Origin: Camelus dromedarius
Taxonomy: Eukaryota
Reading direction: 5' to 3'
Length of the DNA: 64,000 nucleotides
Assembly (NCBI RefSeq): GCF_036321535.1
Contig: NC_087447.1
Location: forward strand, 49,602,001-49,666,000
Positions 50,694 to 64,000 of this stretch are shown one piece after another; position 1 is the stretch's first letter, and each line of letters starts with the position of its first letter. Both the position numbers and the translations under genes were made by a program. Below the pieces are notes generated by a model, which saw only the letters and a program-made list of their open reading frames with translations, had not been told where the DNA came from and did not search any database.

Positions 50694-53663
50694 GGGTCAC
50701 TGGCCTTCTACACAGAAGAATGCAAAAACGTATCCCTATCTCACATTATACACAAAAACTATTTCCAGATGTATTACAACACCCAATGTGAAAATAAACC
50801 TTGCAACTAACAGGAGAAAATATAAAAGAATATGTCTATGTCTTTGGGATGAAGTATTTCTTCAATTAGGAATAAAAACATAAACCATAAAGGCAAGGAC
50901 TAAACACATTAAATACATTAAAATGAAAAATTTCTGTGTGACAAAAGACACTGTAAATAAAGGTAAAAGACAAGCCACAGGAAAAAAAAAAAGGATTAAT
51001 AATCAGAATCAATGTAGAACAATAAAAAGATGACCCCCTACTAGGACAATGGCCATGGGGTATAAACATCAGTCCACAGAAGAGGAGTGCACATTGCCAA
51101 TAAACATGTGAAAAGCTTCTTAAGTTCACTGAAAATTAGGGAAATATGAATTAAACTGTATACCACTTCCACACTATGAAATTTTAAGTTCTGACAGTAT
51201 AAGAAACAGAAGTATTTTTATACACTATTAGTTGAAGTCTAAATGAGTTCAGCAATTTTCCAATATCTAGTAACATGTGTTTAACCCAAGATCCAATAAT
51301 TTCATGTTTAACTCTTAAAAATATTCACAGAGGGACAGGTATAAGAAAATTCATTGCAGCATTATGTGTGATAGTTAAAAATTAAGAAAATCTAAACATG
51401 AATATAGAAAGATAAATAATAATATGTGACATATTCATATACTGACAGATTATACAGCCATTAAAAAGGAGGAACTGTATATTAGTGGGTGTTTATAGAT
51501 ACCTGTTTGTATTTTTTCAAGATATATAATGTTGTGAGAAAAAAAGTCACAAAATGATACATAGCGTTGGAGGTCATGTAAGTAAACACACACACATATA
51601 TACAGCAATGCCTGACATAGTTTATCAATAAAGAAGTATAAACATCAAAGTCATGACAGTAGTAACCTCCTGCGGGGGAGGAGGGAGGAGCAGAATGGGT
51701 CCGGGCCAATTGGGCAAAGAAAGCTTTACTATGAAAGAAAAAAATGATTTAGCACAAAAAAGAATGGAAGTAAATATAATAAAATAATTTTCAAACTTCT
51801 GGGTACTGACAATATGGGTGTTACACTATTCTTTGTATTTTTTTAAGCTCTAAAAAAGAAAAAGGAAAGAAAATTGAAAGTGCTTTGACAATTTCTCATA
51901 CAAGATAGCATCAGCTATTTAGAAGGGAATGAGAGCAGTATCAAATGGATGAAACCAAATCCTTGGCCACGAGTTCCCTCTTCAATGTCATCAGATTTTC
52001 AGATCACAGTCGTGCTCCCTCCTCTACCCTGTGTTGTCTACTGTAAGCTAATGACATGGACACTTTGGCATCATGCACTTGGGGCTTTGAGTCTGATCTC
52101 TTTGCACTGGGAAGGACTTTCGAAGGGACTGGGCCAACCCTCTAGTGACAGGTGAGGAAAACGAAGCCAGAAGGAGGACAGGCTTGTCCAGGGTCACACG
52201 GGAAGTGGATCGGACATCAAGTCTCATCGAAATCCTTCAGAGCTTGGCTCAACCTCTCCTCCCTCAGACGACAGCTCCAACTGCTGGTCTAGGTTAGGCT
52301 GGTCAGCTGTCATTAAGTGCTCTGTTAGCACCTTGTACTTTACCTGCCTAAAACTCATGACAGCCATATTTAATATTAGTTATCAGGATGCACGTGTATC
52401 TATTGTTGTACAGCTCACCTATGACAAACCACGTCTGTCTTGTTCACAGCTGTAATCCAGGAACTTAAGTGCAGAGCTTGATCCCAGAAATAGTAAATAG
52501 AGAGGCTGAGATATGAACTGAGATTTATCTGATGCCAAGTCATCTGGTTGAGCCGCTGCACTACGGTTACCACATTAGTAGCTGTGATTACTAGTTTCCC
52601 TTATATCCCTCACTACCTCTTCAGAACTCTTCCCTTTTCTATTGCTACCAGCCCTAAAGACCTTTCTGGTTAAAAGCATTTATATGCTGGCAGTGCAAGA
52701 TCTCCTCCTGCCCCTTCCTCCTTTTCCATCATCATCATCACCATCATCCTCCTTGTCATATTTCTCCTTGCTATTGAAGTAGGAACAGACACAGAGTAAA
52801 TCAGGATGTCCCAAAATGGGGACCTCAGTCACCTCCAGAGCTGAGCTCTGTGTTCTCACACATAGGGAGTATTCAACAAACATAAATTGAATTAAACTGA
52901 ATGAATTAATTGAATATGGATCGAACTGAATTGAATTCAATTCATTCACAAAATAATACTGTATACCAAAATTCCTCCATCTAGATAGAGATTAAGGTAG
53001 CATTTATAAAGTATCAACTTCTCACAAATGTAGTTTGAATCAGTAGTTTGAATGTCTTAAAAGGCTCCCTACTCCCTAGAGAATGGTGTTAGGTTAGATT
53101 CTTGGCAACTAGAATCACCAAGCCTCTCTCCAGTTTACAGCCAGCCTTTGGCCGACTGGAGGAATGCTGGGTCAGGGGTTTCTTTGAGGCGTTAGAACAA
53201 AACTTTCATGATAGAGCACTCTTCCATGCTTTTCTTGGATGGTGAATCCTAGGCAAGTGAATTATATCCCTATGTACTTTGAACACCACTTTTTCCTTGT
53301 CTGTTTTTTTAAAAAAGCCTGTTCCAGCTCCTGGGGGAACCCCAAACAGATGGTCATAGCAGCCAGAGACTAATAATATTTCACAATGGCGACTCCTGTA
53401 CCTTGTATCCTTGGTTGCTATAAGAGATGGGTTGGTTACTCATTACATATGAAGACAAAGAGACTCTCACATGTACATCAGTGTGCCCTGTTGCTTTTCA
53501 GCTGTAAGGGAACAAGTGACTATGTCACTTGGGAAGAATAAATAATGTGATTATAAGTCTTGGTCAGACCAAGTATTCTCAGGACTGTTCAGGAGGATAT
53601 TTGCTACTTAAATACAGAGTCTGAAGCTTGATAGCACAGTATTCTTCCCTCAATAATATAGAT

Positions 53664-54010
53664 CAGAGATTGGCAAACTATGGTCCTTGAGCCAAATCCG
53701 GCCCTCAACCTGTTTCTGTTCAGCCAGGAGCTAAGAATAGTTTTTGTGGATAAATGTTTGTAATATGATGAAAAAGAACACTAATTTATACTCAATTTCA
53801 GCAAATGGTATTCCCCTAAAAAATCCGTTCTCCTCATTAGTAGACATATATTACAAAAGATTATATTCTGTTATTACTATTATCATATTTTGAGTTTCAT
53901 CAATAAAACTTTGGGGAAATTTTTTTCTCTCTGGTTGTATAATATATAAGGGCCAGCAAAGCCTAAAATATTTACTGTCTATCCATTTACAGAAAGTTTG
54001 CCTGTCGCTG
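53664..54010. mobile_element. MER58-family hAT-Charlie DNA transposon
   Basis: Ends cagagattggcaaact...agtttgcctgtcgctg, internal gcaaagcctaaaatatttact, and an 8-bp near-TSD atatagat/atctagag. Confidence 0.8.
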
Positions 54011-56370
54011 ATCTAGAGATTTCCAGACTTACATCCTACCGAATCACTCCTCACACTTGGAATACTAGTCATATCTGAATAGCTGTGGCTCCCCAAATGC
54101 ACAACTAGCTCTACATGCTCCAGCTGTCCCCTCTGCTTGGAATGTGTCACCTTCCTGATTACTTGATTGTTCAGTCTACTAAAATCAGACTGATCCTTCA
54201 AGGTTCAGCTAGATGATACCCTCTTTTCTGAGGTCTTCCCTGATCCTTCAAGTCAGACTAAAAGATACTCACAGAAAATCTTTTATCTGAGCCTTTCAGG
54301 GTTCTGTTCCCAGAAATTCAGAATGTGTGCACCCAGAAAGGCAATACTACCTCTTTATATTAGCCAAATGGTACTCAAGCCCACTGGGCAGAATGAGGAT
54401 GAGGAGGTGTATTTCCTGAGGGCTTACTAGGGGCTAAGCACTATGCTAAGTACTGAACATACATCATTCATTCATTTGTTCGGTTAAAATCTATTTAGCA
54501 TCTCCTAAAGACCATGCACTAAGCATGGTGCTGGGGGTGCAATGGTAAATAAGACAGGTAAGAGAGTCACAGACTAAACAGAATGTTAAGTCTTTTGACA
54601 ACTTTGCTGGGTAGGTATTATTGGTTCTATTTTATCAATGAAAAAACAAAACCAGAGAAGACAGGTTAAGTAACTTGACCAAAGTCATATAAGTGGCAGG
54701 CAGGATTTGAACGCAAAGCTCCAAATAAAGCTAGACACCTGAGAGGAGCTGGAATTACTAGTAAGTATTGTATTCTTAAATGGCCTTCTTCATTCTTATC
54801 TCATTGGTAAAGCCCTCTAGGGAGGAATACATAGTTCCTAATCTGTGCCTTCCCAGTAGAACAAACTCCACACTTTTGGCATACCACACAGGCCCACCTC
54901 CTCAGGAAGTGGTCCCTGATTCAGACCGAGTCAAACTCCCCCTTTCCTCTACATCCCTTCAACACCTTGTCCATATTTCTATTATTGCACTTACTACCAT
55001 TATTACAATTTTCCTAATATGTTTCTCTCACTAGACCAAGAGCTTTTTTAGGACAGGTACTATGTAATTCATTTCTATATCCCCAGGTTCTCCCATAATG
55101 CCTGATACAAGATGTGGCAGATGCTAAATGAATGAGTCAGTGAAAGACTTTTACTGATAACCCACTCTGTTCCATTCTATCAAATGATAATAGTAACAAA
55201 AGTAGGCAGCACTTACTGATAGGCATGCACTTGTAAAAGCATTATCTCCCTCCACCATCATGACTCCATGAAATCCCTACTGTGTAATTACCTCCATTTT
55301 ATTGATGAGAAATACAAAGGCTTTCCCAAGAGAAATGATTCAAACCCAGTTTTACTGGTCACCAAATCCTTCACAGGGCATCAGTATATCACCCCTGACT
55401 CATACAACCATCCCCTTCATGAATCTTCCAACAGAATTAACCAGCCCTAGAGAACGCTGGCCCTGATTTTAACCCTTACCAGGCCCTGCCTGGTACTTCA
55501 GATACGTGCATCCAAGTTACCTCCCCCACAAGGCAGCAAACTCCTGTATGTGGGATCAAGTGCTCTGCATCTTGAATCCTCAAATTCCATAGCCCCAGCC
55601 TTTGTGTGCTCTTAAAATGCTGCATTGAACTTGGAATAAAGATGATATTAAGCCCACTGCATTATTATTATAATATTATGATCAAATAAATCCAATCCAA
55701 TCCTCTGCTTTTATAGTGTAAGCCTCTTTCACAATAGACTAAAAGCCCTGAAAGATAGGGAGGATTTAGAAAGAAGATGGGAGGCGGGTGGGAGCAAAAA
55801 TTGTGAGCAAAATCCAGCAGTGGTTACGTGTGGGGCTTGTCAAGGCCCAGCTCAGCCTGTGATTTGGCCAGATCACCTGCTGGGGCCCCTGAGATTTGAA
55901 TGTGCAACCATAACTAAGAATCTGCAGGAAAAAGCATCAGATGTGTATGGGGACCATAATGCTGGATGTACCACGTAGGTCAGGTCCTGGAGGGCCCTGA
56001 CTGCAGGCTGCGGGGCCCGGGCCTTGCTCTGGAAGGGAAGGGGATCCACGGAGGGTTCAGGACAAGGAGTAGTGAGACCACCCACCCCTCTCCCACTGCA
56101 GAACCAGGCAGGAGGTGAAGGAAGATGGCATGGGCTTAGGAGAGTGGGAGCCAAAAAGATAGCATGAAGGGCAGGCGTAGGGGGCAGGCAGCAGCCCCCC
56201 CAACCCCACCCCGGGAATGACATGTGGAACCATGGGGATATGGTAGGCACTGGCTTGAGTGGACACTACTGGAGGCTGGAATGAGGAGAACCAGGTTCCT
56301 GAGCCAGCTCAGCCACTGACTGGTTGTGATCCTCAGTCCCTGGGCCTCCCTGACTCTATTCTTCATCTTT

Positions 56371-56460
56371 TTTTTTTTTTTTTAAATGTAGGTACTGGGG
56401 ATTGAACCCAGGATCTCATGCATGCTAGGGATGCGCTCTACCACTGAGCTATACCCTCCC
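56371..56460 (-). mobile_element. tRNA-derived SINE, Vic-1-like (camelid)
   Basis: Minus strand GGGAGGGTATAGCTCAGTGGTAGAGCG...GGTTCAATCCCCAGTACC plus polyA, with Pol III A and B boxes. 17-bp near-perfect TSD ctctatt(c/a)ttcatcttt at 56354-56370 and 56461-56477. Confidence 0.85.
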
Positions 56461-57437
56461 CTCTATTATTCATCTTTAAAGAGAGAGATGTTTTCCTTAA
56501 AAGGTCATGATGAAGTCTAAATAAAAAGAGATGTTAAAGCAACAGGCACAAAGTTTCTTTCACCCATTATTATGATTTAATAGAGAACAATTTTTAGTGG
56601 TCAAGAAGATTGTAAAAATGCCCTCTAGGATATGCAACAACTTGAGCCAACTCTTTGAAGTCACTACAGGGAACAGTGACCACAGGGAATAGCACAGTGG
56701 AAGCATTTATAGGGGGTTTCGTGGTCTGCGAAAGAGGTTACATCAGGCTTGGTCCTGCAAAGCCTCTTCACTCAGTTTGATAAGGAATACACACTGACAA
56801 TGGAGGGACAGGGAGGATGAAGAGAAGTACTATTATGTTACACGTGTATGGGTAGCTCCTGCGGGACCACGGTGGGCCTGTGCTCTCACTCCCGGACAGG
56901 GATGACACAGACATACATGCTCCTTCCTTGACTGGCTCTTCTGTTCGCCCCTGATACATGTTGGTGCAGCTGGGTTCTGGCCACAGCATGGTCTTCTCTC
57001 ACCCTCCTTCTTCCCACCCACCCTGACGCTTGATGATCCAGATTGTTCTTTTCTGTTCTGCCTCTTTCCTGAGTATCACATTTATATGTTCGTTTACCTG
57101 GTTTGTAATTTTTCTTATTTTTTTTTGTTGAGGTATAACAAACATAGGATAAAGTCCATAAATCTTAATTGTTCGTATGTATAGACCCACATAACCACCA
57201 CCCAGATCAGATATAGAACATTTCCAACATTTCAGCCAATTAGCCACCCCACCCCCAGAGATCATCAGTATTCTGACATTCATTACCATCAATTACCTTT
57301 GCCTGTTTCTGAAATTTCATGTAAATGGAATCATTCAGTAAGTGCACTTGTATCTGGTTTCTTTCACTCATCATTGTCTGTAAGATCTATCCATGCTAGC
57401 GAGTATTACATTAATTTTCTTTTTCATTGCTATACAA

Positions 57438-57679
57438 CAGTGCTTCTCAACCAGGGACAATTTTGCCCTGCCCCTAGTGGGCTTTTGGTGATATCTGGAA
57501 ATATTTTAAACTGTCACAACTCTGAGTGAGGGGGTAATGCAGTGGGGAATGATTTCCACTGGCAACGAGTGGAAAGAGGCCAGGGATGCTGCCAAACATC
57601 CTACAATTCAAGGACAGCTCTTCACAACAAAGAATTATCTGGTCCAAAATGTCGATAGTGCTGACATTGAGAAACCCTG
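57438..57679. mobile_element. MER20 hAT DNA transposon
   Basis: TIRs cagtgcttctcaa / ttgagaaaccctg and internal gaggccagggatgctg...acaaagaattatctggtccaaaatgtc. Confidence 0.85.
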
Positions 57680-58173
57680 TGTATGTGTTTCCTATAGCCG
57701 CTGTAACTAATGACCACAAACTGAACGGCTAAAAACCACATGAATGTATTACCTTAGAGTTCTGTAGTTAAGAGTCAGAAACAGGTCTCACTGGCTACAA
57801 TCACGGTTTCAGCAGAAGCAAGTTGTTCCTTCTGAAGGCTCTAGGGAGAATCAATTTCCTTGCCTTTTCTAGCTTGAGAGGCTGCCTGCATTCCTTGGTG
57901 CGTGTCCCCCTTCCATCTTCAAAGCCAACAATGGCTGGACAAGGCTTCATCCCACTGTGCCACTGTGCCACTGCCTCTTTCACTTATAAGGACCCCTGTG
58001 ATTATAACGGGCCCATCTGGATAATCCAGGATACTCACCCCACTTCAAGGGCCTTAACCTAATGACATGTGCAAAGTCCCTTTGGCTTTTTAACTTAACA
58101 TATTCATAGGTTCCAGGAATTAGGATGTGGACATTTTGGGGTGGGGGAGGGGACCATCATTCTGCCAGCCACA
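57680..58173 (-). mobile_element. MLT1 (MaLR) LTR, MLT1D-like
   Basis: gctgtaactaatgaccacaaact...ggctctagggagaatc...gggcccatctggataatccagg...ttctgccagccaca. Confidence 0.8.
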
Positions 58174-60739
58174 GCCTGCCATGGGATAGTTCACTGTATG
58201 AATACACCACAATGTCTATCTTATTGTGGATGGACATGTGGGTTGGTTTTACTTTTTAGCTATTATTAATAAAGCTGCTATACACATTCTTATACAAGTC
58301 TTCTGTACTCATTTCTGTTAGGTACGCAATCTCAAGGATGCATTTACTGGGTCATAAGGAAAACACAGAGTTTAATAAAGCGATTGTAGTAATTTACACC
58401 CATACCAGCAGTGTGAGTCTCTGTTTTCATTTTCTATTGAACATCTCCATGTAGTCCTTCCAAAGACACCTCAAATTAAACTTGTCCAAAACTATGCTAT
58501 CTACAGTGAACGATTGTTTCCCTAGACATCCAAAGCATGAAATCTGGGAAACATCCTAGACTCTTCCCTTTCCCCTTCTGCTGACTTTCAGTTAGCCACT
58601 ACCTGATGTTATTCTGCACCATCAGTGCTCATTTACATCCTTCCCTGGCTGAAGGTCTTTGTCATCTTTCACCTAGACTACAGCTTCCTTCCGGGACTCC
58701 ATGCTCCCAGCCTAATCCCTTCCAATCCATCCTTCCCATTGCTGCCAAAGTCACCTTTGCCAAAACCCAGTCCTGCCTCTTCATTTGCTCATAGAGTAAA
58801 GGATCTGGCCCCAGCCTACCTACCCAGTTTAGCTCTCACCATTCTATCCTTATCCAATGAGACCTCTCAGTTGTAAGACCTGCTCAGAACTGCTGACAAT
58901 TTCTCTTCTGTACTTTTACTCAGATTGATCCCTTCCCCATTTCATGCCCACTCATCTTTGAAGATTCAGCCTACCAGTCCTTTCTCTACTGAACCCTTTC
59001 CTTGATAACCTTCAAATTAAGTAGATTTAAGCCCTCTCTCCTCTGTACCCCACCATACCCCACATAGACTTTTTATCAAGGTACCTATAACTTTTCAGCA
59101 CACCTGTCTCTGCCTAATAAACAAGCTTTCAAGAGCAAGGACTACTTTGTCTCCCTCAGAATTAGCCTGATATAGAGTAGACACTAATCAATATTTACTG
59201 GATTGAAACTGAGTTAAGACAATATGTGTTAATACGACATGGAGGAAGTGCCGTGTGTAGAGAAAGGCTAGTGTTAGACAAAGTCTGTGCCTTCAACAGT
59301 CTTAAAAGCAGACAAGAGGACTTGTGGGTCTGAAGCTCTAACAGTGAAGGAAAAGGGCCACTTCTGCAGGACTGCTATAAAGATTACAGAAGAAAATGCA
59401 TCTGTGGTTTCTAGCAGCCTGCCAGGCACATAGTAGGCACTTCATTAACTATTAGTATTTCTAATGGTGAAAACTAGCATCTTTAGTGAACATCAAGAGA
59501 ATTTTTAGTTTGCTGGTTGAGGTCCATTTGCAGTTTTCTTCATTTAGCAGAGAATCAGAAGCTCACCTCTCTACATATATACAGCTGACATAATTTGAAA
59601 AGCCAAAGGTGCACTGATTACAGAGATGGCTCTCTAATCCTAGTGGACATTGTTAGATTATTTTAGCTTTGTAACTGGGACATTGAGTCATTCTTTGTGA
59701 TTGTAGATTTAGAACTATCACTGACTTGACTTTTTTAAAAGTTCACATATGCATTAGATGCCATTTTTTCCTAGGAGAGCAACCAAGAATTAATTGCACA
59801 TATCTTCTTTCCTCTCCTCTTTGTGGGTTAGCCTCAGTAACATTATATCTATCTGCACAAGGTCAACCAATGAGCTAGAAAAATGCTTTGCACACAGTAA
59901 TTACTCAGGAAAAATTTCCAGGGAGGCATAAGGCATTGCTGAGTTAGGTACTCAATGTGGTTTCCATGGTAAATCTCTCTCCTGCTTTTCCTCCCTCCCC
60001 TCCGATCACTCCTTTGTCTTTTTCATGGCTATTCCTTCTGCTGTCCCCAACAGACGCATCACTCAGGGTTTCATTTCTGATGGCTAATTTTCTCTACTCC
60101 CTCTCTGGGGAGAAGATTTCACCTCCTCCCATGGCTTTAATAATATCCACAGGGTGTTTCAAATCTATATTTACAGCCTAGATCACTCTCCTACACTTCA
60201 GATCCATTTACTCAGCTGCCTCTTGAAAGTTTTTGTCAGATGTCCCATAGGCAAATTAAATTCTGGATACTAAAAATAAGCCCAACTTTCACTCTGGAAT
60301 TTTTTCTCCTTTATATTCATCACAGAAGTCAAAGTAAAAATCTGTTCCAATGACTAGTACCACTACCAGTTACCTGAACCAGAAACAAAAGAATTATTCT
60401 GTACTTATCCTCTTCCTTGCAGCTCAATTGGTCATTAAGATCTGTTGCTCTGTAACTATATTTACTATGTTATAAATCCCCAAGCTCACAGCCACAGCTC
60501 AGGCTTTACCATTTTCTCTGGGTTATTTCAATAGCCTTGTCACTGGCCACCCTTTATCCAACCTCTCCAGGTTACCAGCCAGTGGGATATTTATCAAATT
60601 TAAATCATATTAAACTATCATGTAGTTCCTCTGCCTAGATTCCTTCAGTGACTCATTTCTTTAGGAAAAAATCCAAACTTCTTAGCCATGGATATAAAAC
60701 TGTCCCTAACCTGGGCTATGCCTACCTCTCAAAGCATAA

Positions 60740-62340
60740 AAAGTAAAGGAATAGTAAAAATAAGAGCAAAATTTACTGAAAAGGGGGACAATCAACAAAA
60801 CCAAAATATGATTCTTTAAAAAGACTAAAAAATTAAACAAACTTCAATACAACTATTATGAATAAAAAGAAAGAAGGTACCAATTAGTATTAAGTATGGA
60901 AAAGGGATATACATGCAGATAAGTAGAGATGATTTTTAAATTCACTAGATCAATCTTATACCAATAAATTTTAAAATTAGACAAAATGTAACATTTTATA
61001 GAAAAATATAAAACACTAAAATTGGCTCAGGAAGGAATACAAAAAATGAATAAATGAATCACATTAAAGACATCAAATTGGTAGTAAAAAAAAAAAATAG
61101 TCTACCCATGAAAAAGACACCAGGTATGGAGAGTTCTACAGGAGAATCTTATCAGATATTTAAAGAGGAGCACTTGTTATATGAATTGTTCCGAACAACT
61201 AAAAAGGAGAAAAATCTACCTATTAACTTTATAGACATAACCAGGATGCCAATACTGCACAAGACCAATATAAAAAAGGAAAAAAATTTAGACAAATTTC
61301 ACTTATATCTATGCAAAAATTTGAAATAAAAAGTAGCAAAAGAATTCAGAATCATTAAATATATTTTTACCTAAGTAAGGTTTATCCTAGGAATAAAAAG
61401 ATGGTTCAATATCAGAGCAATCTATTAACATATTTAAAAATAAAAACCATATGACTTTTTCAGTAGATGCAAAAATCATTAATAAAATTCAATACCCTCA
61501 TAAACTAGTATAAAGACAAATTTCTTAACCTTGTATGATGCTATCTCATAATAATTCAGAGCAAACCTCATACTTAATGACAAAACTTTAGAAGCAATCC
61601 CATAGCCCAAGACAAAGATGCTTGTGAAACCTACTATCAAAGCTATATTGGATGTCCTCACCAGTGTAGCAATACATACACACACACGCACAAATATATG
61701 AATATCACAAAGGAACATGATAAATTGGTATTTGCCAAAAATATATGTTATCTCTACAGACAGTCTAAGAGAATCTATAAATAAAACTAACAAGAGAGTG
61801 TGGTAAAGTTGCTGAATACAAGAAAAGTATACAAAAATTAATACATATAAGCAATAACAAATTAGAAAATGTAATAAAATGTAACACCTCAAAATAGGAA
61901 AAATAATTTAAAATAGCTCAGAAAAAAAAGATGATAGTATGACTCTAGCTCAGATTACTGGAATAGAACAGAGATCTCAGAAATATATCTAAGCGTATGT
62001 GACCTTTATGATAGAAGAGATATTAGCAGGATATTAGTAGGGAAAAGTTGAACTTTTAAAAAGGGCATTGGATAAATGACTTTCTATATGGGAAAAAAGA
62101 CAATTAGATTCCTACCTCATTCCATACATAAAATTAAAATCCAGTTAGATTGTTAAAGGCTTAAATACAGAAAAATAAAATTTAAAACTATTGTGTGTGT
62201 GTGTGTGTATGTGAGAAAGAGACTTTTGTGGAGAAAATTACAAAAATGTAAATGAAGGACATAAAAGACTTAAATAAATGGCAAGCAATACGATATTTAT
62301 ACATGGAAAAACTCTATCCCTTAAAGATAGCAAATCTCTC
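60740..62340 (+). mobile_element. Decayed L1 ORF2 remnant
   Basis: aatcaacaaaaccaaa and tttatcctaggaat...atggttcaatat. The ORF at 61054 shows residual L1 ORF2-like peptide (KKTPG..TGESYQIFKEE). Confidence 0.75.
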
Positions 62341-62344
62341 TAAG

Positions 62345-62705
62345 CAGTGTTTTCCCAATTAAAGCCTGAAGTTCACCTGCATTAAAATTACCTAGAGTGC
62401 TTGTTAAAATATAGATTCTTAGGCTTCATTTTAAACCTACTGAATCAGCATGTCCGAGGATAAGGCCCAAGAACCTGCATTTTCGAACACTCTGCTGATA
62501 ATTCTTTTGTGTACTAAATTTTGAGAACCTCTGCCTTAAGTATGGTCATAACCTGAATTGCACATGAAAATGATCTGAGGCAGTTTTTTTTTTATTTTCA
62601 AATCGAGACCAATTAAATCAGAATTTCTGGGCAAGGCACACGTGTACCAGCATTTTCAAAATTATCCAGTGATTCCATTGTACAGCTAAGGTTGAGGACC
62701 ACTGC
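62345..62705. mobile_element. Two adjacent MER5-family DNA transposon copies
   Basis: acctactgaatcag, gaacctgcatttt and ttgagaacc motifs. Similar copies at about 38190-38350, 43310-43490 and 47510-47830. Confidence 0.6.
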
Positions 62706-64000
62706 CCTGGGTAAAGGTGCACCTACAGTCAGGTCTGTCTGGTTTGTTGCCCTTTCCCATTTGAACATTTACTTCTAGTGCTAACCTAGTAGGAATTCTC
62801 CTTTATCTTGATTAAGGAAAACACAATTTCTTTACATAAGGGTTATCACTTTTTGGTATCCCCAGTATCCTGTCTGATACATAGCAGGGATGTGGTGGTC
62901 ATTTTCCAAAATTAATTCAGCTAAATAAAACCAAATGAAATGAACCAGTATGTAGGTGAATAAATTTTTCACCAACTCTAAAAATCCCACTGGACTCAAC
63001 AAACCTCCATGGTTCCTAGGCACAATGTTATGCTGTGAGAGATACAGAGATGAACAAAATACAGGCTTTCTCTTCAAGTGTTCATATCCACTGGGGAGGC
63101 AGATAAGGAAAAAAGTATCAAGTAGACACTGAGAAGCGTACAAAACATGAAAAGGGAATAAAAAAAAAATTAGTTTGGAATGGCAGGACCTGGAAGGCAT
63201 TGTTGAAGACTAGTATTTGAGACTGGCCCTGAAGTATTGCTGAGATTTAGCCAGGAGGATGTTAGGGAACTGGACAGTTGCCCTGTAGGCATTGGGAGTT
63301 CTGGATAGCATACGTCGAGTCAGATGGACCTTTCTCCAACATTTATGGAAGATTGTAGGGTAGGTATTAAAGGCTACTTTTCTTTCAGATTTCCTTGTTA
63401 CCACTCTCATTTTTCAAGTACTATTTTGCTCTGGTTTATTAATTCTACCTCCTGGTGCCCCAGCTGATTTCTTCCAGGAAGAGTTGCTCATCACCATTTC
63501 TATAGGGAGCAACTGCTACCCCATCCATCATTATTAACTAATGGCTGGGGCAATGCAGTTGACTGAGAGAGGAATTTTAATCCCCTCCCATGACTCATCT
63601 ATTTTCTAATTAAGAATGCTAGGTCTAAATTCATAAGTGGCTGCCCAGTGAAATCCATCCTTAACATTAAAAGTGATAACAAAGACATGTTTCTCAGTTT
63701 TATAGTATCATTTATGTAATATGAATGTCCTGAAAATTAATCAACATCATGATTGTGAATAATTCTAAGGAAACCTTAGAGGTACCACTTGAATGCAAAA
63801 ATCCCAACCTAGTGTGGATCAGTTATATGAATTAGATGAACTGTTGATCAGGGAAAGTTTTTCAAAACCATAGCGTCAAAGGACACGATGTTATCTACCA
63901 ACTGTATATTTCATAAGAAAACTAATTAGCATTATATGACTAGATGCTGAATGTATATTTTATGTTATATGCCAATATATTAAGCTGATGGATTGTGAGT

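Larger units (their letters stand above)
48400..51850 (+). mobile_element. Old L1M remnant (ORF2 to 3' region) carrying several nested insertions
   Basis: A-rich sense L1 motifs (gaattaataagagaattcagcaag, ccctatctcacattatacacaaaaa, ccaataaacatgtgaaaag). Confidence 0.7.
57120..58420 (-). mobile_element. Old L1M 3' fragment split by MER20 and MLT1
   Basis: ttgaggtataac...taaatggaatcat on the left and gatggacatgtgggtt...aataaagctgctat on the right. Confidence 0.7.
24095..64000 (-). other. MAP6: MAP6 intron 1 (partial, more than 39.9 kb); exon 1 lies outside the window
   Basis: No MAP6 N-terminal coding sequence and no promoter-type CpG island is seen upstream of exon 2. The region is repeat-rich. 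Confidence 0.8.

Noticed and set aside
56371..56460. Possible tRNA gene
   Set aside because: The polyA tail, TSD and imperfect stems indicate a SINE.
60740..62340. Functional reverse transcriptase gene
   Set aside because: Heavily interrupted by stops and deletions. It is a decayed L1 remnant.

Overview
Mammalian genomic DNA, most likely camelid, judged from a Vic-1-like tRNA-derived SINE at 56371-56460. The window holds the 3' part of the MAP6 (STOP, microtubule-associated protein 6) gene on the minus strand. Exon 2 is 23881-24094, exon 3 is 21661-21857, and the exon 4 CDS is 3053-4076 with 28 copies of an 11-aa repeat. Exon 1 lies beyond the right edge, so 24095-64000 is intron 1. The exon 3 donor overlaps an in-frame TAA, which gives the short E-STOP-type isoform, and a 257-nt pure purine (GAAA-type) tract sits about 14 nt into that intron. 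The rest is a GC/CpG-rich island at the left edge plus ordinary mammalian interspersed repeats (LTRs, L1, L2, MIR, MER DNA transposons). Repeat family names come from my recall of consensus sequences, not from a database search. I found no convincing new gene or new biological system. The best leads are regulatory: the isoform switch at exon 3, an antisense solo LTR with amplified CCAAT boxes, RFX X-box-like motifs, and repeat turnover in exon 4.
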